Origin: Patescibacteria group bacterium
GTDB lineage: Bacteria > Patescibacteriota > Minisyncoccia > Phycocordibacterales > DATDWN01
DNA length: 64,000 nt
Direction: 5' to 3'
Assembly: GCA_040384485.1 (NCBI GenBank)
Contig: JAZKJH010000003.1
Coordinates: forward strand, 71,556 to 135,555
Position numbers and translations under genes: made by a program. The first letter of the stretch is position 1. Each line of letters opens with the position of its first letter. The notes below the pieces were generated by a model that was given only the letters and a program-made list of their open reading frames with translations, was not told the origin of the DNA and searched no databases. Positions 45,541 to 55,900 of the stretch are shown here, piece by piece.

Positions 45541-48500
45541 CTATTCTTCTATCACTTCCACACTTCTCGTCGCATAACTCCAGTTCCCTCCTTCATCAAC
45601 AGCTGAGTAAACTACTGTATGGATAGTTTCCGTAGCTGTATCTAGTTGAATACTTTGTACATCTACTCCGTTTACATTGAAGTAAATTCCTAAGTTGTTG
45701 TTTGCATTGTTTTCATCATCTAGGTCTGTGACTGTTGCTCCTAGGTCAGAGTAGTTAGAGTTTAGTGGTATTTGAAGTATTGCACTTCCGGTTATACTTA
45801 TTACCGGTGGGATTGAATCGGTTGGGCCTTCAGGTTGTTCTTCTGGTTCATGTGACGGTTGGTTGTTTCCAGAGTTTGCGAGAAGTGAATCTAGTTGAGA
45901 TTTAGTTATACAAGTCTCCCCACTTTCGTCACTTACACAGACTTCTTTCGTTCTAATTCTGTTTGCGAAGAAATCCCCAATTCCGTTACTAGCATCTGCA
46001 AACCAAGATTTCAATTTGTCAGTTAGTGAAGTAAAGTGTGTTTCTATTGCACTGACAAAACTAGATACATAACCCTCTTCAGGTTCGACGAATTGGTATC
46101 CCAACTTTACAAAAGTTAGTATTTTATCTTTTTCAGAACTAGAGTCTTCCATGGCAACACCGATACTTTGTCCTGACTCTGTCATTTTCATGGCGTAACC
46201 AGTACGAGTCATAGAAGTAGTCAGGTAGTCCCCTACTTTTATAATTCCGTTCTCTTCTGAAATTTTTACAGGAACTCGTCCAGCTAGTGCCAAAGGATAA
46301 TCATTGTTATTCTTTTGTCCGAACTTTAACCCGCCTATTCCCAACGAAGTACCGATACCATCACCCAGTGTAATACCTGGTGCAGTGGATACAATACCAG
46401 CAAGAGTTGATGATGCGTTTCCTGCTTTCATGATTTTTTTGTCTCCACTCGGGTCAAACACCACCACATCTCCTGGTTCTAATATTTCATCACTTGGATA
46501 ATTTTCGGCTATATCGGCAGAACCATTGATTTTATAGACCATAATGCGCCAAGAATAACTAGGGCTTGTTAATGATGAAGCACTTTTATTAAGTCTCATG
46601 CTCCAAGATCCAGTCCAAGGTGTAGTAGCAGTAACTTGGGCACCAAACATCACTGGAATTGTAGCTGCTACATATGCAGGCTTACCCCATCCATTTACAC
46701 TAATTTGTGTGCTGGAGGTTGGGTCTGGTGACATATAAAATTCAGCGGAGCTGTACCATCTCACCCCCGTACTTTCAGACCATGCTCCTGGTTTTAATTC
46801 CCCAGAGTTAACTAGTGCCACACCATCTGAGTGATTAAGGCTAATCGTTGGAGTGCTTGCTGGAGAACGATCATCGTTAGTAGCAAAACTGTGTTCCACC
46901 ACAACAAATAATTTATCGTCGGAAGTAAGCCCTGTAATTGGGATATCTGCCACGTTCACTGAGGAGTTAGAGGTGCTTGTGCCCTCACTTATGGCGACGA
47001 GTTCCATTCCACCATGAGAAGTCACTGTTCCTGTAACATTCACATTGCCGTTTACATTTAATTTATAAGTCCCAGGGTCAGTAGTTCCAATACCAACATT
47101 TCCGGCAAAGTAATTATAAGCATTCGCATCAGAAGCATAGAAAGAATACTTGTTTGTTTGGGTTCCAGTTGTTATGTCTCCTATATATGCCCCGTAGGTA
47201 TTTGTTATGTTTCCAGTTGCATTTGTAAAGTCATCCACCCTCAAACCATACAAGTTTGTTATGGCTGCTGCATTAGCTGTTAAGTCCGCATCAAGTAAGG
47301 CAACATTTGTTGCCGTAAAATTTGCTGCAAATTGAGCGGCCCCATAAAGCCCTCTAGTTGTTGTGACTGTTGAACCTGCTCCACCTGATGACATTGAAAC
47401 AAACCCTAAGGCACCTGTAGCATTAGTAATAGTTGTAGATGCAGTTAAACTAACTTGGTTATATGAACCATATGTACTTGTGAGAATAGCCTCAGCATTA
47501 ATATTACTTAGACTCTCTGAACCAGTTATCCCGAAAAGTCTACCTGTGCCTTGATGGGCCACACTTGAATGTGTGCCTACCAATGTCATAGAACTGTGTC
47601 CAAAAGTACTACCAACTGGAGTAGAAATGTAGTTTTCTATTCCTCTATAAGTTCTTGCCCCGGAAGGATCCCCAGTTAGACTAACTTGAGTCTCAAACCA
47701 ATTTGATCTATAAGGAGACGATGCCGATGCTGGATTTGGATCTGTAATTATTTGTGTAGACAGTAACGCACCAACCCCTCCTGTAGCTCCTGTTATTTGT
47801 CCGGTGTATGTTTGCCAACTATCTAAGTTGTTTAGTGATAGTTTAGCTCCAGGAGTTGTTGTTCCAATACCAACATTTCCAGAACTATCTATTATCATTC
47901 GTTGGTTAACATCAGCCGAACCACCCGTGTAAAATCTCATATCTCCTCCAGCGTTGGTCGCAGATAAAGATAGACCACCTATACGTGAGCTGTTGATACG
48001 GATACTGTCTGCGATGGCTGCTCCTGTAGTGTTATAACCGGTTGAATACACACTTATTCCTCCAGCAGCGGCAGCTCCGTCGTTACCGAATTGTAGATTT
48101 GTTATAGCTGCACTACCTGAACTAGTATTGCGTGCTCTAAAAAATACATTATTACCGTCACTAGAATTCAAAAGACTAAGAAAAGCTGATGTGCTGTCAT
48201 ATGTTAGTGTCCCACCTATATCTAAAGTTGCTGTGGGGTTTGTTGTGCCAACTCCAATTCTTCCACTACCTTGTTGAACAACAAACTGATTTGTTCCAAC
48301 TGAAAATCCACCAGTCGAGATGGTTGAGGTTGCTATTGTAGATGTAGAAGTAAAATATGAGTTGATTATATTGTTACCAAGTATATCCCCTGCTACAGAA
48401 AGTTTTTGTCCTGGTGTTGTAGTGCCAATACCAACGTTACCGGCAAAGTAGTTTCTAAGGGCTGTAGATGCTTGATACAAACCAAATGCGTTTGTCCCCG

Positions 48501-49932
48501 CAATACTGTCTATATATACACCATATCCGTTAGTTATAGTTCCTCCTGTGTTTAGACCTTGAACATGCAGACCGTATGCAGATGTCACGTTTGCGCCTGC
48601 GTTGAAAGTTTGAGTGTATGCTTTAAGTCCTGCCATAGTAGATATGTCAGATGCTCCATCTACATACACTATTCCGTTAGCACCTACAGCTTGAGTTACA
48701 TCGCCTGTATTTTCTATATCCGCCAAAAACATTCCTCCAGTAATTGAGGATATTGTTCCCGTTCCCCAATAATCAGCTACCCCATACACGCCTCTTATGT
48801 CAGAGTTTGAGTTTTGAGAGTTTGTTGAAGGAACCTCTACAACACCTTGAAGTCCTGTTTTGATGTTTGAATTAGTTCCAGAATAATCAGCGACTAGTTT
48901 TGCATATGCACCAACTGTTCTATCACTAGCACTAGTAGTATTACCGTCTATATACATTATTGGAGCGACATTAGTCAAACCTTCAAACATAGTTGCCAAG
49001 CCTCCGGTTCCACTTCCTCTCAAATGAAATTGTGATGCTGGAGCCAATGTTCCCAAACCAATCCTTCCACTGTTCTGTTGAACAAGAAAATTATTTGTCC
49101 CGACCAATAATCCGCCAGTTGAAATGGTTGTGGTAGCTGTTGTAGATGTGGCGTTGAAACTTCCAAAAGTTGGGGTTGTTGTGGCCGATATGGTGCCAGA
49201 ACTATCGGTAGATAGCAGTGAGTTAGCAGATAATCCAGACAAAGTAAGACTAGCTACCGAAAAACTGTCAGCTGAAAGTGTTGTGGCATTAACCGAAACG
49301 CCGCTTATAGTTCCTCCGGAAATAGCTGTATTTGATATTGTTCCGTTTGATATTGTGGGATTACTAAATGTAACATTGGCTAAGTAATCTATCTTGTTGG
49401 TGTGAGCTATTTGTTGATACACGTTCGAGATAGGAGTATTAGAGCCAGAAGAAAAATTGTTTATTTTTTGTGACAATTCCGAAGCAAACTTGTTGTTTGT
49501 TTGGTTTAATGCAGACTGTAGATGTTCTGTGGTAACAAAATTATTTGATACAACCAACTTCTCAACCACTCTCTCAACAACAGGGTTAGTTATGTTTTGA
49601 GTTATATGTGTAGTGGTGGCTATTGAAGTAGGGATTGTTGGTGAAGTTGGGTTGTTTGAAGTCGGTTCGGAAGTGCTATATATAGTATTAGCAGTTTGAG
49701 CTCTATTGCTAGAGCCGATACTTGTTTCTATTTTTTGGGCAAATTTCGCACCAAAACTCTCGACGCTACTAAAAATACTTTTAATAAAACTTGTAACCTT
49801 TGCTCCGGATTCAAATACAGAGTTGATTGAAAAAGCTGCTGTTGGAGTTGGAGCGAAAATAATACAAAGAACTATCAACCCTGAGATGAGTTTGGTTGTT
49901 GCTCTATTCTTTTGTGTTTTAAATGTTTTCAT
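45541..49932 (-). CDS. Large (1463 aa) exported fibre/adhesin with peptidase G2-like chaperone and DUF5011-like Ig domain
   Basis: Signal-peptide-like N-terminus; GNVGIGTT repeats; ADIAENY..PGDVV..GIVST.PG..ALAGRVPVK..GDYLTTS..GYAMK. Confidence 0.82.
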   Translation of the reverse strand: MKTFKTQKNRATTKLISGLIVLCIIFAPTPTAAFSINSVFESGAKVTSFIKSIFSSVESFGAKFAQKIETSIGSSNRAQTANTIYSTSEPTSNNPTSPTIPTSIATTTHITQNITNPVVERVVEKLVVSNNFVTTEHLQSALNQTNNKFASELSQKINNFSSGSNTPISNVYQQIAHTNKIDYLANVTFSNPTISNGTISNTAISGGTISGVSVNATTLSADSFSVASLTLSGLSANSLLSTDSSGTISATTTPTFGSFNATSTTATTTISTGGLLVGTNNFLVQQNSGRIGLGTLAPASQFHLRGSGTGGLATMFEGLTNVAPIMYIDGNTTSASDRTVGAYAKLVADYSGTNSNIKTGLQGVVEVPSTNSQNSNSDIRGVYGVADYWGTGTISSITGGMFLADIENTGDVTQAVGANGIVYVDGASDISTMAGLKAYTQTFNAGANVTSAYGLHVQGLNTGGTITNGYGVYIDSIAGTNAFGLYQASTALRNYFAGNVGIGTTTPGQKLSVAGDILGNNIINSYFTSTSTIATSTISTGGFSVGTNQFVVQQGSGRIGVGTTNPTATLDIGGTLTYDSTSAFLSLLNSSDGNNVFFRARNTSSGSAAITNLQFGNDGAAAAGGISVYSTGYNTTGAAIADSIRINSSRIGGLSLSATNAGGDMRFYTGGSADVNQRMIIDSSGNVGIGTTTPGAKLSLNNLDSWQTYTGQITGATGGVGALLSTQIITDPNPASASSPYRSNWFETQVSLTGDPSGARTYRGIENYISTPVGSTFGHSSMTLVGTHSSVAHQGTGRLFGITGSESLSNINAEAILTSTYGSYNQVSLTASTTITNATGALGFVSMSSGGAGSTVTTTRGLYGAAQFAANFTATNVALLDADLTANAAAITNLYGLRVDDFTNATGNITNTYGAYIGDITTGTQTNKYSFYASDANAYNYFAGNVGIGTTDPGTYKLNVNGNVNVTGTVTSHGGMELVAISEGTSTSNSSVNVADIPITGLTSDDKLFVVVEHSFATNDDRSPASTPTISLNHSDGVALVNSGELKPGAWSESTGVRWYSSAEFYMSPDPTSSTQISVNGWGKPAYVAATIPVMFGAQVTATTPWTGSWSMRLNKSASSLTSPSYSWRIMVYKINGSADIAENYPSDEILEPGDVVVFDPSGDKKIMKAGNASSTLAGIVSTAPGITLGDGIGTSLGIGGLKFGQKNNNDYPLALAGRVPVKISEENGIIKVGDYLTTSMTRTGYAMKMTESGQSIGVAMEDSSSEKDKILTFVKLGYQFVEPEEGYVSSFVSAIETHFTSLTDKLKSWFADASNGIGDFFANRIRTKEVCVSDESGETCITKSQLDSLLANSGNNQPSHEPEEQPEGPTDSIPPVISITGSAILQIPLNSNYSDLGATVTDLDDENNANNNLGIYFNVNGVDVQSIQLDTATETIHTVVYSAVDEGGNWSYATRSVEVIEE
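45571..45831. repeat. Copy 2 of the ~260-bp 3'-end repeat
   Basis: Shares e.g. GTTGTTGTTTGCATTGTTTTCATCATCTAGGTCTGTGACTGTTGCTCCTAGGTC with copy 1. Confidence 0.9.
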
Positions 49933-49953
49933 GTTTTTGTTTGTGCTTATTTC

Positions 49954-52900
49954 CTACTCTCCACCTTCACCACCCTCTTCTGGTAATTCCTCTGGTGGAC
50001 CTTCGACCGTTTCTTCTATAACCTCCACCGTCCTAGTTGCATAACTCCAATTCCCTCCTTCATCCATAGCTGAGTAAACTATTGTATGGGTAGTTGTTGC
50101 ATTGGTAGATATAGATACTGAAAGCATATCTACTCCGTTTACATTGAAGTATATTCCTAGGTTATTGTTTGCATTGTTTTCATCATCTAGATCTGTGACG
50201 GTTGCTCCTAGATCTGAGTAATTAGAGTTTAGTGGGATTTGTAGGTTAGCACTTCCGGTTATGGTGATTACTGGTGGGATTGAGTCTCCTGATTCTGGGG
50301 TTTCTTCTTCCTCAGGTTCGTTGTTTTGTTCTTGCACCAAATCCAGCAAGGCTCTGATATCATCTTTTGTTAGACATTCGTCATCCACACAGATTTTCTC
50401 GTTTGCAGTAAACACGTTTGCAAACATATTCCCTATTCCGTTTGTTGTCTCACTAAACCATGCGACTAGTTTTGTTTTTATTCCTGTCCAGAAAGCGCTT
50501 GCAAAACCATCTGCCTCAGTTGTATTGGTTGTATTTATTCCAGCAATAGTTTCTAGGTTTAAATTCATCTCTTGAATTGATTTAACAATTAGCGGCGTTA
50601 TCCTTCCGTAATCAACTGCCCACATATCATCTGGATTTGCTGGAACACTAACTGCGGTTGGGTAAATATCATGTAGTTCTTGCGCAACAAAACCTGTTTG
50701 AGGAGTGTTGTTCAAGTCAGATGTCATTGTATAATCACGCACCTTTATTGCCATTAGATCGGAAAGTTTGTAATGCGTATCTACAATTCCTGATTTTGCT
50801 CTAACATCTGAAGTTGTGTTATATGTCGTAGCACTTCCAGTGTATGTGACAGAGCCCACTAGCTCACTGCCATCACCATCGTAGAAATACAGCAAGTTAC
50901 CTGCGCCACCGTTCGCGTGCTGTCCTGCGGCTATACCAACACCTCTAGCATCAGAATTATTTCCATCATTGTGAAAAAATGCTGCCCAGTTCGCAACCTC
51001 AGAAATTTTTACTTGTAATTGTCCTGCACCCACTGTTGGGGTTCCGACAGTAACATTGCCAGTGCTCAAAACAGTCATTAGTTCAGTAGATCCATCAAGA
51101 AAAGCCAGCCCTGCGATATCATCAGTAGCAGCTTCTCTTATAGTTGCCAAATTAAATGAATCGGTTCCACTAGTGTGAGTGAATCTTAGTTGAGTATTTC
51201 TCGCATTCGCAGCCCCACCACCAACCTCAACAGAAAGTTTTGCTCCTGGGGTGGTTGTTCCGATACCAACATTTCCGGCAAAATAGTTGTAAGCTCCCGT
51301 GTCAGAAGCGTAAAAAGAATAGGGGGTGTTGGTTTGAGTGCCAGTAGTTAAATCCCCCGCATAGTATGCGTAAGTATTGGTTATAGTACCGGAATTAGAT
51401 AGGACGCTGGCTTCGAAAAGATTCAGGGTAGTAACTGTTGATGCACTGGCGAACGTTGCTCTTGATCTTACACCTATCGCTGAGGTCACGGTACTACCTG
51501 TACTTGTTGGATTCAAAACTACTCCTGAGTCTAATCCTTGGAGAGTTGTTACTGTACCGGTGCCCGCAATAGATGCAGAAAATAAACCAGCTGAAACCAG
51601 AGATGCTGTTGCAGATCCTGCAAGTTGAGCGCTGGAATCTAAAGCTCTTATTGCGTTAACCTGCCCAGTACCTTGATGATAGGCGCCTATATGATTTCCT
51701 GTTAATGACAAGTTTGAATGACCAAAAGTACTCCCAACTGGTGTAGAAATATAAGTTTGAACACCTCTATATAGTCTGGATGATGAAGGATTCCCTGTTA
51801 AATTAATTTCAGTTTCAAACCAGTTTGATCTGTATGGACTTGCAACTACAGGGTCTGGGTCAGTTATAGTCTGAACAGATTTGAAAGCTCCAACACCACC
51901 ACTTACTGAAGCGGAAGTTATTTGGTTTGTGTAAGAACTCCAATTGTTCGTATTTGCGATATCTAATTTTGCACCAGGAGTAGTTGTTCCAATACCAACA
52001 CTTCCAGCAAAATAGTTTAATGTGTTATTGTCTGAAGCATATATTGAATACTCACTGCCAGATTGTGTTCCGTTTGTGATGTCTCCTATATACAGACCAT
52101 ATGTGTTACCTGCAATGGTTCCGAGGTTTGATAGATCCGCTACCTCAAAATGTTTGACGTCAGTAAGTAGGTTTGCACCTGCAGAACTCTGATAAAAAGT
52201 TGCTTTTACAACCGTGCTCGTTCCCATTGTTCCAATATTCGCACTAATAGCATTTAATGCCATTGAGGTTGTTGCAAAACCCAAACTTAAAGACCTGGCT
52301 CTGACACCATCCATATCTTTGTTGTAACCAGAGTTTATAAAAGTGAAGTCCCCTGCTCTTCCTGTGGTAATAGTTCCTCCAGCAGAGTTTGATACCCAAC
52401 CATAGGTACCGACAGCATCAGTTATTGTTCCTCCACCTGTGTTCAGAACTTCTCCGTAATTGGTCCATGCGCCACCAATAGTTCCAGTTCCTGCGTGTTT
52501 AACTGTGTTATACAAACCGTACATATATCCTCCATTTTGACTATTGCCACTGACAGTGCTCAATGCCAAACTTTGATTGAACACCGTGTTTGACCATGAA
52601 CTTGTTGGGTTAATGCTTGTGTATACCGCTGAGTTTGCAATACGAGTCACCCCGGAAGCGTATGACGGATCAGTTATTGTGGATGAGCTGATATTTCCAA
52701 TATTATACAAACTTCCGGAAGCTGGATTTGTGAAGGTAATATTTGTAGACGGTAAAACTGTGTTTACTATTGTTCCTCCAGTTGGTGCAACAGTTAGATT
52801 TCCATTTGTAGAAACTGTTAGTGATGTATAGTTGCTTGCATCGTAACCAAGACGAAGTTGTTCAGTGGTAGAAAGGGTGTGGAGTTTAGCCGCTGGTGTT

Positions 52901-55900
52901 GTTGTTCCGATACCAATCAACCCATTTGAAACCGGAGTAGAAGACATGCTACTTCCGTTATATATCCCTGTTGCATAAAGAACATTTCCTATGTTTAACT
53001 GCCTGCTTCCTGCCACAACAGGAACATCAACATTTGAACCGATAATTATATTGTTTGCGCCGGTGGTGTTTGAGTAACCAGACCTATATCCTAAAAAAAT
53101 ATTGTAATCAGACCCAGTTTGAACACTGTATCCGGATGCAGTTCCCATATATATTCCACCTTGATTTGTGTAATTGGCTCCATTGCCTGCTGCAGCTGAC
53201 ACTCCTATAGCAATATTTGATGTAGATTGTGTGTTTAATCCTAGTGACCCTTGGCCTATACCGATACTGTCTGATCCTGCAATGTTAGTGTTTAAGGAAA
53301 ACAAACCAATTGCGATGTTGGAATTTCCAGTTGTAACACCGAGGGTGCTGGGACCTATTGCAACGTTGTATGCACCGTTTGCTGATACCATAGAACTGTA
53401 TCCAATAGCGACATTCTCTCCGCCGCTTGTATTGCCTGCTAGTGCATTTACTCCCATAGATACGTTTCTACCTCCACTAACATTACTTATCAACGAACGG
53501 TATCCGACAGCTGTGTTATCGCTCGCCCCACTTGTAGAACCTCCTCCATATAGTCCAGCTTGATAACCAACAAAAGTGTTCCCTGTGGCTGCAGAGACAT
53601 TGTTTTTGCCCGCTTGATATCCCAGCTTTGTACTGAAAGTGGTGTTGCTAAAATCTATCAAATCGTAGACACTAATTAAGTTGTTTGGGGTTGTGGTTCC
53701 AATACCAACCCTACCCCCATTCGTCACTACAAAATTCGTCGCTGTAGACGAACCTATAGCAAAAGCCGGACCTGTGATTCCGTTTGGATTTATTGAGAGT
53801 TGGGCCCATGGAGTTGTGGTTCCAAACCCTGTAAAGCCTGTTAGGGATTTGGTTGTAAATACGGGGTTTGCAACATTCAGCAAAACAGATGCTGTGGTTG
53901 TGTTGTTGTTTGTGGTCACTATATCCAACTTTCCATTTCCGTCAAAATCCCCTAAAGCAACATAGAATGGGCCGTCACCTGTCGCATAATCAACTTTTGT
54001 AGCAAATGTTCCGTTTCCGTTGTTTATCAAAACCGAAACTGTATCTGAGCCATGGTTTGTTGAAACAATATCTACAAAACCATCTCCGTTTACGTCACCC
54101 AGGGCTATCCCAACACTTCCTGCGTTTGTATAGTCTACCCTAGCGGCAAATGTTCCGTTTCCGTTGTTTATAAAAACCGACACCCCACCACTTCGCATTA
54201 CCACAATATCCGCCTTTCCATCACCACTCAAATCAGCCGCTTTTACACTGTATTGCTCTCCTGGTACAGCGTATTCCACATCTGCTCCAAAAGTTCCATC
54301 GCCGTTATTCATCATTACTGCCATAGTAGCAGTGGTCCAGTCGTCAGTGGCAATATCCACGTATCCGTCTCCATTAAAATCTGCTGCTGCAAGACCTTGT
54401 GGTCTACCGGTAGCGGTGGTGTACTTTACTCTTGTTGCTAGAGTTCCATTCCCATTGTTCATATACACAGACACACCTGTGTCAAAATAACTTGCACTTG
54501 CCACATCAAGTTTTCCGTCTGCATTAAAGTCTGCTAAAGATAAGTTTTCTTCATAGGCTCCGCCTCCGTAATTAACTCTCGTAGCAAATGTTCCGTTGCC
54601 ATTGTTTAAATAAATAGCAACTCCGCTAGCACCACCTAGGGTAACTACCATATCCAACTTACCATCACCATTCATGTCCCCCAATGCCACAGCCGTTGGA
54701 ACACTACCTGTTGCTGCATAATCAACTTTTGTGGCGAATGTTCCGTTGCCATTGTTTATAAAAACTGACACAGTCTCACTCCCTCTGTTAACCACCACCA
54801 CATCATCTTTCCCATCACCGTTAACATCACCTGTTGTTACACCTAATGGACTGGTCCCGGTTGTGTAGTCAACTTTTGTGGCGAATGTTCCGCCTGAAGT
54901 TAGACTTATCTCCCCTGCTTTTATTGAGCCGATATTTACCAAGTTTCCAGATGAGGTTATTCTTTGAGAAATCGGCAACATTTCTGTCCCCCCTGTTCCT
55001 AACCCGCCAGATAGATTTAAATAACTATTAAACCCAACAGGTCCTGGAGAAATTGTTGAGCCGAAGGCTTTTGAAAGTATTATAGATTCTGCACCAACCC
55101 CTCCTCCAGCCACAGTAAGTTTTGATCTTGGGGTTGTTGTTCCTACGCCAATATTTCCAGTCGTGCCTTTTATGGTTAAACGTTCAGTCCCTTCTGTTTT
55201 AAACGCGTAGTCTGGACCGATTCCAAAACCAAGGGGTGGTGTGTCAAATGCACTCCAAACTCTTATTGTGTTTGTTGGAAAATCGAATTGTGTTAATCCG
55301 TCCTGCCTAATCTCACCTGGGGTACCGTCGAAATTTATTTTCCCAGCAACAACACCTCCTTTACCTAGAGTGAAAACTGCGGAGGAAGGATTAAAACTAA
55401 ATATAGTATCGTCTGATGAGTTTAGTATTGAAGCTGTGCCCTTTACTGTAAGTAGCCCTGTTGGGTTTACGGTTCCAATTCCAACATTTCCAGAGCTTGT
55501 TACAGAAAGGAAGGTTGATGCTGTGGAACCTATTGCAAAAGCTGGATCAGTAAGTCCTGTAGTATCTACTGAAAATTTTGCCCATGGGGTTGTTGTTCCA
55601 ACACCAACCTTTCCTGAAGTTGGATTCAAAACAACATTTCCTGCACTACCCTCTATAGAGATTCTAGTTGTTCCATTTGTGCCTATAGCTATTTGTTGTC
55701 CGGCTGAGTGGTCACTGATAGTAAAGTTATCAAAACCCAACCTTTCGTTTCTAACAAGAAATCCGTTGTTTGCATTGTTGTATCCAACTGACCAACCACT
55801 AGTAGCTCCTGTAAAAAATCTAACTTTTGCGTCATCTGTCTCAAGTGTTCTATTTATATATAAATTATTTTTAATTCCTACTGTTCCCTCTACAGCGAGT

